NCBI GenBank assembly: GCA_041166085.1
Contig: JBEEFP010000062.1
Coordinates: forward strand, 2,567 to 66,566
Source: Actinomycetota bacterium
Lineage (GTDB): Bacteria; Actinomycetota; Acidimicrobiia; Acidimicrobiales; JAFATL01
DNA: 64,000 bases
Direction: 5' to 3'
Below the pieces are notes generated by a model. It did not search any database, was not told the origin of the DNA, and saw nothing but the letters and a program-made list of their open reading frames with translations. The position numbers and the translations under genes were made by a program. Positions 36,505 to 45,843 of the stretch are shown piece after piece. Position 1 is the first letter of the stretch. Each line of letters begins with the position of its first letter.

Positions 36505-36714
36505 ATGGGTGTCTTCGAGGAAGCCAAGGGCAAGGTCAAGGAAGCAGTCGGCGACGTGACCAACAACCCTGACCTCCAGCGTGAGGGTCAGGCCCAGGAG
36601 CAGAAGGGCCAGGCTGAGCGCGAGGCAACCGAGGCCCGCGCCGAGGCCAAGAAGCACGAGGCCAAGGCCAAGGCCCACGAGGTCGAGCAGGAGGCTGCAG
36701 AGGCGGCCAAGTAG
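36505..36714 (+). CDS. csbD: CsbD family stress-response protein
   Basis: MGVFEEAKGKVKEAVGDVTNNPDLQREGQAQEQKG is a canonical CsbD signature. AAGGAG RBS. Confidence 0.8.
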   Translation: MGVFEEAKGKVKEAVGDVTNNPDLQREGQAQEQKGQAEREATEARAEAKKHEAKAKAHEVEQEAAEAAK

Positions 36715-36733
36715 CACCAGCAACGTCGTCTTC

Positions 36734-36773
36734 GGAAGGGGCCCCGCCACTGGCGGGGTCCCTTCCGTTTTCC
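36734..36773 (+). terminator. Intrinsic terminator after csbD
   Basis: GGAAGGGGCCCCGCC-ACT-GGCGGGGTCCCTTCC (15-bp stem with one G.U) followed by GTTTTCC. Confidence 0.65.
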
Positions 36774-36802
36774 GGAGCGGTGGTGTTGGGAACGACTGGG
36801 CC

Positions 36803-37846
36803 ATGCCCCGACTCCGACGTGTGGACTGCAGCGGCCCCGGCATCGTTCGCCGCAGGTCCGGCCGGGGCTTCGTCTACTTCGACGAGGACGGCGATCGGGT
36901 CACCGAGCCCGAGGTGCTCGACCGCATCAAGGCCCTCGTGCTCCCGCCCGCGTGGACCGACGTGTGGATCTGCCCGTACCCGATGGGACACATCCAGGCG
37001 ACGGGCACCGACGCCGCGGGGCGCCGCCAGTACCGCTACCACGACGAGTGGCGCCTGCGGCGCGACCAGGAGAAGTTCGATCACATGCTCGACTTCGGCC
37101 GTGCCCTCCCTACCCTGCGGGCGGCCATCTGTTCCGACCTGCAGCAGCGGGGCTTGAGCCGGACCCGCGTGCTCGCGTGTGCGACGCGGCTGCTCGACCT
37201 CGGCTTCTTCCGCATCGGCACCGAGGGCTATGCCGAGCAGAACCAGACCTACGGGCTGGCGACGATGCGCAAGCGCCACGTCTGTCTCGGCGACAAGGAC
37301 CTGATCACCTTCGACTACCGGGCCAAGAGCGGCAAGCGCCGGGTGCAGTCGATCGTGGACCCGGACGTCGCCAAGGTCGTTCGTTCGCTGAAGGCACGCA
37401 CCACCGGCGGCCACGAGCTGCTGGCCTACAAGGTGGGCGCTCGCTGGTGCGACGTGAAGTCGTCCGACATCAACACCTACGTGAAGGACGTCACGGGCGG
37501 CGACTTCAGCGCGAAGGACTTCCGCACATGGAACGCCACCGTGCTCGCGGCGGTCGCCCTCGCCGTCTCCAGCGAGGCGGTCGGGTCGAAGACGGCGCGC
37601 AAACGGGCCGAGACGCGGGCCATCAAGGAGGTGGCGCACTACCTGGGCAACACGCCGGCGGTGTGTCGGGCGAGCTACATCGACCCGCGGGTGATCGACC
37701 GGTATCGCGCCGGTGTCACCGTCGCCGACGACCTCCACCGCCTCGGCGACGACACCCGGTTCGGGCAGGTGTCCACCCAGGGCGCCATCGAGGAGGCCGT
37801 CCTGGTCCTGCTCGAGGACGCGCCGGCGGCCCGCCTCGCCGCCTGA
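36803..37846 (+). CDS. DNA topoisomerase IB (poxvirus-like bacterial type)
   Basis: ORF 36581..37846 trimmed to ATG 36803 (MPRLRRVDCSGPGIVRRR). GRRQYRYHDEWRLRRDQEKF, DFRTWNATV, and CRASYIDPRV with the catalytic Tyr. Confidence 0.85.
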   Translation: MPRLRRVDCSGPGIVRRRSGRGFVYFDEDGDRVTEPEVLDRIKALVLPPAWTDVWICPYPMGHIQATGTDAAGRRQYRYHDEWRLRRDQEKFDHMLDFGRALPTLRAAICSDLQQRGLSRTRVLACATRLLDLGFFRIGTEGYAEQNQTYGLATMRKRHVCLGDKDLITFDYRAKSGKRRVQSIVDPDVAKVVRSLKARTTGGHELLAYKVGARWCDVKSSDINTYVKDVTGGDFSAKDFRTWNATVLAAVALAVSSEAVGSKTARKRAETRAIKEVAHYLGNTPAVCRASYIDPRVIDRYRAGVTVADDLHRLGDDTRFGQVSTQGAIEEAVLVLLEDAPAARLAA

Positions 37847-37861
37847 CCCACGGGGCCGCTT

Positions 37862-37916
37862 CTCGACTTTGCGGGGATTTCCCGCGCATAGTCCGGGAAA
37901 TTCCCGCAAAGTCGAG
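37862..37916. repeat. Palindromic repeat family A, copy 2
   Basis: CTCGACTTTGCGGGGATTTCCCGCGC-ATA-GTCCGGGAAATTCCCGCAAAGTCGAG, 16 nt after the topoisomerase IB stop. Confidence 0.9.
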
Positions 37917-37949
37917 CCACCGCGGCTTGTTGGCGGCCCGGTTTCGGAC

Positions 37950-37999
37950 AAAAAAAACACGCACTGGGGACCGAGTTGCAACTCGGTCCCCAGTGCGTG
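37950..37999 (-). terminator. Rho-independent terminator closing the minus-strand tre operon
   Basis: Perfect 19-bp stem CACGCACTGGGGACCGAGT / ACTCGGTCCCCAGTGCGTG with loop TGCA (37958-37999). On the minus strand it is followed by eight T (37957-37950). Confidence 0.7.
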
Positions 38000-38107
38000 G
38001 GGCTCCCGGGGGGCGGGACAGAGGTAGTTCTAACCCCGGCCGGCAGGCTCCAAACCAGATTTCCGGGATTTCTTCTGGAATCAGCAAAATCCCTGGTCAG
38101 GGCCGTG

Positions 38108-38281
38108 TCAGCCCGGCGGGGCGATGGTGTTGTCGACCTCGGAGTCGGGACTGCGGCTGCCGTCCTCGATGAAGAGGCGCTCCTCGGCGGCGGCAGGATC
38201 CAGATCCTGGAGCTCCTCCTTCACCTCGGCGATCGCTTTGTCGAGGTGCTCGAGGCGCTTGGGGTCGGGGGAATCGGTCAT
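38108..38281 (-). CDS. Hypothetical 57-aa acidic protein
   Basis: C-terminal part of ORF 38108..38521 from ATG 38281: MTDSPDPKRLEHLDKAIAEVKEELQDLDPAAAEERLFIEDGSRSPDSEVDNTIAPPG. Confidence 0.4.
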   Translation of the reverse strand: MTDSPDPKRLEHLDKAIAEVKEELQDLDPAAAEERLFIEDGSRSPDSEVDNTIAPPG

Positions 38282-38321
38282 AGGAGGTCTGTACCCACCG
38301 TCAGGCTTCGTAACGACGTGC

Positions 38322-38684
38322 CTACGGCGACGGCTCGTCGACGATGTGCATCGCCGCCTCTTCTGCGGACTGCGCCACGTCGGGGTCGTCCAGCTCCAGG
38401 CCGATGGCGGCAGCCTCGTCGTCCTCCAGCCCCTCTTCCGCGCCCGGTTCGATGAGCTGGCCGACCCGCGTCGGGTCGTCGCCCCGCCGCCCTTCGGGCT
38501 CCTCCTGCCTGAGGCGGTCACGCAGGGTCTCGCCCCGGAGCTCCTCGGCGACGGTCGTGCCGACGTCGAAGGCGTGCGGGCGATCAGCCGGCGGAGGGAG
38601 GGCCTCGGAGCCGTCGGAGGTCACCGTGTCCTGGAGGACAGGGATGCCCTCGGCGTCGAGTTCCTGTTCGGGATCGTCTGCCAT
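38322..38684 (-). CDS. DUF5709-like acidic protein
   Basis: 120 aa. GETLRDRLRQEEPE and SAEEAAMHIV blocks. GGGGGA RBS 9 nt after the treZ stop. Confidence 0.55.
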   Translation of the reverse strand: MADDPEQELDAEGIPVLQDTVTSDGSEALPPPADRPHAFDVGTTVAEELRGETLRDRLRQEEPEGRRGDDPTRVGQLIEPGAEEGLEDDEAAAIGLELDDPDVAQSAEEAAMHIVDEPSP

Positions 38685-38693
38685 GCGTTCCCC

Positions 38694-40334
38694 CTACCCA
38701 GGCGGGGGCGTGATGACAACCGACGCCGGCTCGGTTCCGAGATCGACCACCACCGTCGTGGCTCCTCGGCAGAGGGTGAGGCGAGCCCGCTCGTGGTCCA
38801 CGTCGACGCGCACGAGATCCATGCGACCGTCGCGCAGTTCGGCACGGCCGCGCCGCAACGCAATGAGCGAGCGGTACCACTCCAGCATCTCGGCGTGCTG
38901 CGGCTGGGCCAGCTCGGCCCAGTCGAGCTTCGACCGTTCGTAGGTCTCGGGCGCCTGCGGGTCGGGCACGTCCTCGGGTCGCCACCCGAACGACGAGAAC
39001 TCACGCCGCCGCCCCTCACGCACCGCCTCGGCGAGCTCGGGGTCGTGGTGGTCGGTGAAGTACTGGAAGGGCGTCGACGCGGCCCACTCCTCGCCCTGGA
39101 ACACCATGGGCACGAACGGCGACGTCATCACGAGTGCCGCACCGGCCCGCACCCGGTCCAATGACGCGACGTGGCCGATGCGCTCGCCCGTCGCGCGGTT
39201 GCCGACCTGGTCGTGGTTCTGGATGTAGCCGAGGAACCGCCAGCCGGGAACGGCCCCGGGCCGACGCCCATGTCGTCGTCGCCTGAAGTGCGAGTGCTCG
39301 CCCGCGTAGACGAAGGCCCGCCGCAGCGCGGTTGCGACCTCATCCAGCTGCCCGAAGTCGGCGTAGTAGCCCGAGTGCTCGCCCGTGAGCACCGCGTGGA
39401 GGGCGTGATGCAGGTCGTCGCTCCACTGCGCGTCGAGCCCGTAGCCACCCGCCTCCCGACGCCACACCAGGCGCGGATCGTTGAGATCGCTCTCCGCGAT
39501 GAGATGCAGCGGGCGTCCGACCGACGCGGCCAGGTCCGCGACCTCGATCGCCAGCTGCTCGAGCAGGTGCACGGCGGACGTGTCGACGATGGCGTGCACG
39601 GCGTCGAGCCGCAGCCCGTCGAGGTGGTAGTCCCGGAACCACATGAGCGCGTTGTCCACGAAGAACCGCCGCACCTCGTCGCTGTCGGGCCCGTCGAGGT
39701 TCACCGCCTCGCCCCATGGTGTGGCGTAGCGATCGGTGAAGTACGGCCCGAAGTCCCGCAGGTAGTTGCCCGATGGACCCACGTGGTTGTAGACGACGTC
39801 GAGCACGACGCCGACCCCGCGCGCGTGGCACGCGTCGACCAGCCGCTTGAGACCGTCCGGTCCCCCATAGGCGTGGTGCGGCGCGTACAGGTCCACACCG
39901 TCGTAACCCCACCCGCGATCGCCCGGGAACTCGGCGACCGGCATGAGCTCGACCACGTCCACGCCCAACGCGACGAGGTGGTCCAGCCGCCCGATGACAC
40001 CGTCGAACGTGCCCTCCGGGCTGAACGTGCCGACGTGCAGCTCGTACATCACCGCTGATGGCAGATGGACGCCGCGCCATGCCTGATCGGTCCAAGGAAA
40101 CCTGGCGTGATCGACGACCCGCGATGGCCCGTCCACGCCGTCGGGTTGCCATGGCGACCGGGGGTCGGGTCGGGGCGGCCCACCGTCGAGTGAGAAGGCG
40201 TAGGTCTCGGTCTCGGTCTCGGTCTCGGCCTCGTGCCAACCGTCGGCCGTGGCGTGCATCGGCACCCGCCGGTCCTCGTCCACGACCAGCTCGACCCGCT
40301 CGGCCCGCGGCGCCCACACCCGGAACGCGGTCAT
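38694..40334 (-). CDS. treZ: Malto-oligosyltrehalose trehalohydrolase
   Basis: ORF 38694..40514 trimmed to ATG 40334 (MTAFRVWAP), overlapping the treY stop. GH13 blocks GVVLDVVYNH, GLRLDAVH and IAESD. Confidence 0.9.
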   Translation of the reverse strand: MTAFRVWAPRAERVELVVDEDRRVPMHATADGWHEAETETETETYAFSLDGGPPRPDPRSPWQPDGVDGPSRVVDHARFPWTDQAWRGVHLPSAVMYELHVGTFSPEGTFDGVIGRLDHLVALGVDVVELMPVAEFPGDRGWGYDGVDLYAPHHAYGGPDGLKRLVDACHARGVGVVLDVVYNHVGPSGNYLRDFGPYFTDRYATPWGEAVNLDGPDSDEVRRFFVDNALMWFRDYHLDGLRLDAVHAIVDTSAVHLLEQLAIEVADLAASVGRPLHLIAESDLNDPRLVWRREAGGYGLDAQWSDDLHHALHAVLTGEHSGYYADFGQLDEVATALRRAFVYAGEHSHFRRRRHGRRPGAVPGWRFLGYIQNHDQVGNRATGERIGHVASLDRVRAGAALVMTSPFVPMVFQGEEWAASTPFQYFTDHHDPELAEAVREGRRREFSSFGWRPEDVPDPQAPETYERSKLDWAELAQPQHAEMLEWYRSLIALRRGRAELRDGRMDLVRVDVDHERARLTLCRGATTVVVDLGTEPASVVITPPPG

Positions 40335-42997
40335 CGCCGAACCAACAACGCGACCGGGAACTCGGCCAGCAGCTCGCCCACCGCGACCAACCCCCCGCGC
40401 ACCTCCGCACCCGTGAGCGCGTCGCGCCAGTCGCCCTCCGGGAGCTCGAGGGTCGTGTCCCGCCACCGGCGAGCAGCCAGGCCGAGCACCAGTCGGGGGA
40501 CGACGACCGCGCACCCGCCGCCCCGAACGAACGCAACCGCGTGCTCGGCCGACGCGCCGGTCGCGTGCAGCGGCTCGTACGACGCGCCCGGCCCGAGCAG
40601 GTCGGGCCGCTCCTTCCGTAACCGCAACGCCCGATGGGTCACGAGCAGTTTGGGGTGGATGTCCCCCACCCCTTCCGACTTCTGGACACTCAGGTGCGGC
40701 ATGCGCACCTCAGTGTCCAGAAGTCGGGTGAGTTCCTGGCGGCGCAGATCGAAGTCAACGGGGCGGCGGTTGTCGGGGTCGACGAGGCTGAGGTCCCAGA
40801 GCTCGGTGCCCTGGTAGACGTCGGGCACGCCGGGCGAGGTGAGCTTGAGCAGCTGTTGCGACAGCGCAGTGAGGTGGCCCGGCTCGGTGAGCCGGGCCAC
40901 GAAGCCCTCGAGGTCGATCCCGAAGTCGGGGTCGGCGTACACGGCTCGCACGAAGTCGGCGACCGCCTCGTCGTACGCCGGATCGGGGTCGGTCCACGAC
41001 GTGTGGGTCTTGGCCTCCTTCGTCGCCTTCTCCATGTACGCGAGGGCCCGCTCCAGCTCCAACGGCCAGGCCCCGACCATGGTCTGGTACAGCAGGTACT
41101 CGGCCGCCGGGTCAGGCCACCCGTTGCGGCGATGGCGTTCGTTGGTGGTGCGCCATCGACGCACCGTCTCGGCCCAGTGCCCGGGGATCTCCGACAGCAG
41201 CGAGATGCGGGCGCGCACGTCCTCACTCCGCTTCGTGTCATGCGTCGACGTGGCCAGCATCGTCGCGGGCCACCGCTCGGCCGCCTCCGCGTTGGCGGCG
41301 TGGAACGCCGCCACGGACACCCCGAACCGCCCGGGGTCGCCGCCGACCTCGTTGAGCGATACGAGACGCACGAAGGTGTAGAAGGCGGTGTCCTCCACGC
41401 CCTTGGCCATGGCGGGACCAGTGAGTTGCTGGAAGCGCATGACCAGCTCGCCCTCGGCGACGCCGGTGACCCGGAGCAGCAGCAGGTCCTCGAGGAACGA
41501 CAGCAGGTCGCCGTCGATGTCCGTCCTCGACTCCCGGGCGCGGGCGACGGCGGCGGTGACCACCGCGACATCGTCGTCATCGACCTCGCCGCGCTCTGCG
41601 ACGACATAGGCGCGGTAGACGGGAAAGGCCACGACCACCGCTCGCAACGCGTCGATGAGCTCGCGCCGCGTGTAGTCGCGAAAGCGCCGGTTGCTCTCGC
41701 ACACCCGAGCGAAGGCCTCGGCCAGCCTGTGCACGTCGGCCGCGAGCACCCTGCGCACGACGAAGTCCTTCTTCTCGCGCACGGCCGCGTCCCACTCGGG
41801 ATCCTCGCCGGCGAGCTCGGCGACGAGCGCGTCGAACGGAGCCTGTCCCGCCGGGTCCACGAACAGACCACCCAGCCGGTTGAGGAAGTCGTACCCCGTC
41901 GTGCCGGCCACCGGCCACGACCGCCGGAGCGCTTCACCGGGTTCGAGGATCTTCTCGACGACGGTCCACGCTCCCCCCGTCGCTTCGGCCAGGCGGGTGA
42001 GGTACCCCTCCGGATCGCGCAAGCCGTCGGGGTGATCGATGCGCAGGCCGTCGAGTTGGCCCTCCCGCACCCAGCGCAGCACCAGGGCGTGGGTGTCCGC
42101 GAACACGAGCTCGTCCTCGGTGCGCAGGCCCACGAGCGACGTGATGTCGAAGAAGCGGCGGTAGTCGAGCTCCTCCTGGGCGGTGCGCCAGTACGCGAGC
42201 CGGTAGTTCTGCCGCTCCAGCAGCGCGTCGAAGGCGTCGGCGTCGCGATTGAGGTCGGCCACCACGGCGTCGACCGCCGCCGCGACGTCGTGCTCGTCGT
42301 CCAGCAACCGCGCCAGCTGGCCCCGCAGCACCTCCTTGTCGCGGTGGCGGGCATCGATGTTGACCCTGTCTCGAAGGGTTGCGATGGGCAGCCGGCCGAA
42401 GCCCGCGGCCAGCGACTCGAGCTCGGCCGAGCCACACCGGTGGGCGGCCCGCTCCAGGAGATCGTCGAGCGATCGCGGCGCGACGGGGGCCTCGTGCTCG
42501 TGGTAGCGGACGACGAAGGCTCCCGCCTCGCGCACGAGCTCCATCTCGCCCGCCTCGAGCACCCGGCCGTAGTGGTCGCCGAGCACAGGCAGCAGCACGC
42601 GGTCGCGCAGCTTGGACTCGGGCGGATCCCAGTCCACGTCGAAGTACCGGGCGTACATCGACGCCGGGCCGTTCTCGAGCACGTCCCACCACCACCGGTT
42701 GTCCCGGCCTGCGATGGCCATGTGGTTGGGGACGATGTCGAGCACCTGCCCGAGGCCGTGCTGCTCGAACGCCTTCACCATCCGCGCATGGGCCTCGGCC
42801 CCGCCCAGCTCCTCGTTGACCCTCGAGTGGTCCACCACGTCGTAGCCGTGCGTGCTGCCCGGCGCGGCCTGCAGGTACGGCGAGCAGTACACGTGGGTCA
42901 CGCCCAGCTCGGCGAGATAGGGCGCGACGGCAGCCGCCTCGTCGAAGCCGAACCCGGGCCGGAGCTGCAGCCGGTATGTGGAGAGCGGCGTTCGCAA
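40331..42997 (-). CDS. treY: Malto-oligosyltrehalose synthase
   Basis: 888 aa. STYRLQLRPGFGFDEAAAVAPYLAELGVTHVYCSPYLQA and GLRIDHPDGL. Confidence 0.9.
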   Translation of the reverse strand: MRTPLSTYRLQLRPGFGFDEAAAVAPYLAELGVTHVYCSPYLQAAPGSTHGYDVVDHSRVNEELGGAEAHARMVKAFEQHGLGQVLDIVPNHMAIAGRDNRWWWDVLENGPASMYARYFDVDWDPPESKLRDRVLLPVLGDHYGRVLEAGEMELVREAGAFVVRYHEHEAPVAPRSLDDLLERAAHRCGSAELESLAAGFGRLPIATLRDRVNIDARHRDKEVLRGQLARLLDDEHDVAAAVDAVVADLNRDADAFDALLERQNYRLAYWRTAQEELDYRRFFDITSLVGLRTEDELVFADTHALVLRWVREGQLDGLRIDHPDGLRDPEGYLTRLAEATGGAWTVVEKILEPGEALRRSWPVAGTTGYDFLNRLGGLFVDPAGQAPFDALVAELAGEDPEWDAAVREKKDFVVRRVLAADVHRLAEAFARVCESNRRFRDYTRRELIDALRAVVVAFPVYRAYVVAERGEVDDDDVAVVTAAVARARESRTDIDGDLLSFLEDLLLLRVTGVAEGELVMRFQQLTGPAMAKGVEDTAFYTFVRLVSLNEVGGDPGRFGVSVAAFHAANAEAAERWPATMLATSTHDTKRSEDVRARISLLSEIPGHWAETVRRWRTTNERHRRNGWPDPAAEYLLYQTMVGAWPLELERALAYMEKATKEAKTHTSWTDPDPAYDEAVADFVRAVYADPDFGIDLEGFVARLTEPGHLTALSQQLLKLTSPGVPDVYQGTELWDLSLVDPDNRRPVDFDLRRQELTRLLDTEVRMPHLSVQKSEGVGDIHPKLLVTHRALRLRKERPDLLGPGASYEPLHATGASAEHAVAFVRGGGCAVVVPRLVLGLAARRWRDTTLELPEGDWRDALTGAEVRGGLVAVGELLAEFPVALLVRR

Positions 42998-43002
42998 GCG
43001 GG

Positions 43003-45111
43003 TCAGTAGACCCGCTTCAGGACCGTCACCGTGCGGCCCTCGACCTCGAGCTCCTCGCCCGCCTTCACCATGCGCTCACCGGGCTCGAGGAGCGGGGCGG
43101 AGGTGTCGATGACCACGTCCCAACGATCCCCCCACGGGCCTTCGGGGAAACGGAAGCTGAGTGGTTCGTCGTTGCCGTGGAACAGCAGGAAGAAGCTGTC
43201 GTCCTGCACCGGCTCGCCGCGCGGACTGGGGCTCGGGATGGCCTCGCCGTTCAGGAACACCGAGATCGACCGCGCGTAGCCCTTGGCCCAGTCCTCCTCC
43301 GACATGCGGTCCCCCTCAGGTGTGAACCACGCGATGTCACTCACGTCGGAGCCGTGGATGGGGCGCCCCTGAAAGAACCGGCGGCGCCGGAAGACGGGAT
43401 GGTCGCGCCGCAGCTTGGACAGCTTCTCGGTGAACTCGAGCAGGGCCCAGTTCTCCCGCTCGTCGTCCCAGTGGAACCACGACACGTCGTTGTCCTGCGC
43501 GTACCCGTTGTTGTTGCCACCCTGTGACCGACCCATCTCGTCGCCGCCGAGGAGCATGGGGACGCCCTGCGAGAGGAACAGGGTCGCGAGGAAGTTGCGC
43601 TTCTGCTTCTCGCGGCACGCCAGCACCTCGAGGTCCTCGGTCGGACCCTCGACCCCGCAGTTCCACGAGCGGTTGTGGCTTTCCCCGTCCTGGTTGTCCT
43701 CGCCATTGGCCTCGTTGTGCTTCTCGTTGTACGAGACGAGATCGGCGAGGGTGAAGCCGTCATGGGCGGTGACGAAGTTGATGCTGGCGAACGGACTGCG
43801 CCCCGTGCCCCCGTAGAGGTCGGAGCTCCCGGTGAGCCGGTAGCCCATCTCCGCCAGCGTCTGGTCCTCGCCCCGCCAGAAGTCGCGCACCGCGTCGCGG
43901 TACTTGCCGTTCCACTCCGACCACTGCGGCGGGAAGTTGCCGACCTGATAGCCGCCCTCGCCGACGTCCCACGGTTCGGCGATGAGCTTGACCTGGTTGA
44001 CGACGGGATCCTGCTGGATGAGATCGAAGAAGGCGGACAGGCGGTCGACGTCGTGCAGCTCGCGCGCCAGCGTGGCGGCCAGGTCGAACCGGAAGCCGTC
44101 CACGTGCATCTCGGTGACCCAGTACCGCAGGCTGTCCATGATGATCTGCAGCACGTGCGGGTTCCGCATGTTCAGGCTGTTCCCGGTGCCGGTGTAGTCC
44201 GTGTAGAAGCGCTGGTCGTCGGGCTCGAGCCGGTAGTAGGCGGCGTTGTCGATCCCCCGGAACGACAGCACCGGGCCCATGTGGTTGCCCTCCGCCGTGT
44301 GGTTGTACACGACGTCGAGGATCACCTCGATGCCCGCCTGGTGCAGGAGCTTGACCATCTGCTTGAACTCCTGGACCTGGTTGCCGGTCTGGCCGCTCGA
44401 GCTGTACTCGTTGTGCGGCGCCAGGAACCCGATGGAGTTGTAGCCCCAGTAATTGCGCAGCCCCTTCTCCACCAGCACGGCGTCGTGCACGAACTGATGG
44501 ACGGGCATGAGCTCGACGGCGGTCACGCCGATGCGCTTCAGGTGCTCGATCACCGCCGGGCTCCCGAGCCCGGCGTAGGTCCCGCGTTGGGCCTCGGGGA
44601 CCTCCGGATGCTGGATGGTCAGGCCCTTGACGTGTGCCTCGTAGATCAGGGTCTCGTGGAACGGCGTCCGGGGGTGGCGGTCGTTGTCCCAGTCGAAGAA
44701 GGGGTTGGTGACGACCGCCTTGGGCATGAAGTGGGCGCTGTCGTCGTCGTTGCGACTGTCGGGATCACCGAAGGTGTACGGGAACACCGCTTGGCCCCAC
44801 TCGACCTGGCCCTCGAACGCCTTGCCGTAGGGGTCGAGCAGCAGCTTGGCCGGATTGCAGCGGTGCCCGTGCTCGGGCTGGTAGGGGCCGTGGATCCTGA
44901 AGCCGTAGCGCTGGCCCGGGCCCACGTTCGGGATGTAGCCGTGCCAGCAGTACGCCGTCGACTCCGGCAGGTCGATGCGGGTCTCGGTGCCGTCTTCGTC
45001 GAACAGGCACAGCTCGACACGGTCGGCGATCTCACTGAACAGCGAGAAGTTCGTACCCATCCCGTCGTAGTTCGCCCCGAGCGGGAAGGGCTGTCCCGGC
45101 CACACCTGCAT
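43003..45111 (-). CDS. glgX: Glycogen debranching enzyme (TreX/GlgX)
   Basis: 702 aa. MQVWPGQPFPLGANYDGMGTNFSLFSE, VILDVVYNHTAEG, GFRFDLA and IAEPWD. Confidence 0.9.
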   Translation of the reverse strand: MQVWPGQPFPLGANYDGMGTNFSLFSEIADRVELCLFDEDGTETRIDLPESTAYCWHGYIPNVGPGQRYGFRIHGPYQPEHGHRCNPAKLLLDPYGKAFEGQVEWGQAVFPYTFGDPDSRNDDDSAHFMPKAVVTNPFFDWDNDRHPRTPFHETLIYEAHVKGLTIQHPEVPEAQRGTYAGLGSPAVIEHLKRIGVTAVELMPVHQFVHDAVLVEKGLRNYWGYNSIGFLAPHNEYSSSGQTGNQVQEFKQMVKLLHQAGIEVILDVVYNHTAEGNHMGPVLSFRGIDNAAYYRLEPDDQRFYTDYTGTGNSLNMRNPHVLQIIMDSLRYWVTEMHVDGFRFDLAATLARELHDVDRLSAFFDLIQQDPVVNQVKLIAEPWDVGEGGYQVGNFPPQWSEWNGKYRDAVRDFWRGEDQTLAEMGYRLTGSSDLYGGTGRSPFASINFVTAHDGFTLADLVSYNEKHNEANGEDNQDGESHNRSWNCGVEGPTEDLEVLACREKQKRNFLATLFLSQGVPMLLGGDEMGRSQGGNNNGYAQDNDVSWFHWDDERENWALLEFTEKLSKLRRDHPVFRRRRFFQGRPIHGSDVSDIAWFTPEGDRMSEEDWAKGYARSISVFLNGEAIPSPSPRGEPVQDDSFFLLFHGNDEPLSFRFPEGPWGDRWDVVIDTSAPLLEPGERMVKAGEELEVEGRTVTVLKRVY

Positions 45112-45376
45112 CCGATCAACGTACCCAGTTGCCGTCGGGGCGCTGCGCCCGGAGGTCCGCAGCGGGAGCGCAGCCGCAGAGCGTGTGTTGTCCTCGGCCT
45201 CGGGATGGGTGGGGGGTTCCAGCGGCCTCGAACGCGATCACGCTCTGCGGCTGCTGCTCAACCGAGAGGGGAGCCTAGACGAGTGGGGGGTCCATCGGTG
45301 AACGGTGATTAACGTGGTTGACGAGGCCCAGGAATGCCCATTCGCGTGAGGTAGCCGACCCTGTCCCGGCGCGACC

Positions 45377-45826
45377 GTGACGTATGTCGAACCACCAGGA
45401 CTGCATACGGGCCCCTGGGAGGCGGTGGCCATGACCCCTCCGGCCGAAGCAACCGCACGAGAGCCGTCGGACGACGAGGACATCACCACGGCAGCCGAGG
45501 CCATCCTGGCCGTGGAGAACGCAGGACTGGCGTTGGCGGTGCTCTACCCCGACCGCCGCATCGTCATGGCCAATCGGGCGATGCGAGAGCTGCTCGGCTA
45601 CACGTTGGAGGAGTTGGTGGGACGTTCGCTGTCCGACCTCGTCGTCGACGGGACCGACCTCGGCTCGGATTGGGAGCGGCTCCTGCGCCAGGGCTCCAGC
45701 GCCGAGCACCTCTTACGCCTCCGCCACCACAGCGGCGCAACGGTCATCACTCGAGCCGCCGCCGCCGTCGTCTTCAACGACGACGGGACGCCACGGCTGG
45801 TGATCAAGCGGGCGACCGTCGTCTGA
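45377..45826 (+). CDS. Stand-alone PAS domain protein
   Basis: 149 aa (start uncertain; in-frame ATG at 45431). ILAVENAGLALAVLYPDRRIVMANRAMRELLGYTLEELVGRSL is paralogous to the PAS genes at 60469 and 60881. Confidence 0.6.
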   Translation: MTYVEPPGLHTGPWEAVAMTPPAEATAREPSDDEDITTAAEAILAVENAGLALAVLYPDRRIVMANRAMRELLGYTLEELVGRSLSDLVVDGTDLGSDWERLLRQGSSAEHLLRLRHHSGATVITRAAAAVVFNDDGTPRLVIKRATVV

Positions 45827-45843
45827 CGGACGCGCGGTTCTGT

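Noticed and set aside
40634-45312. Long plus-strand ORFs (791 aa and 545 aa) antisense to treY and glgX
   Set aside because: Shadow ORFs of high-GC genes: V/G/R/H/E/D-rich with no recognisable domains. The minus strand encodes full-length TreY and GlgX.
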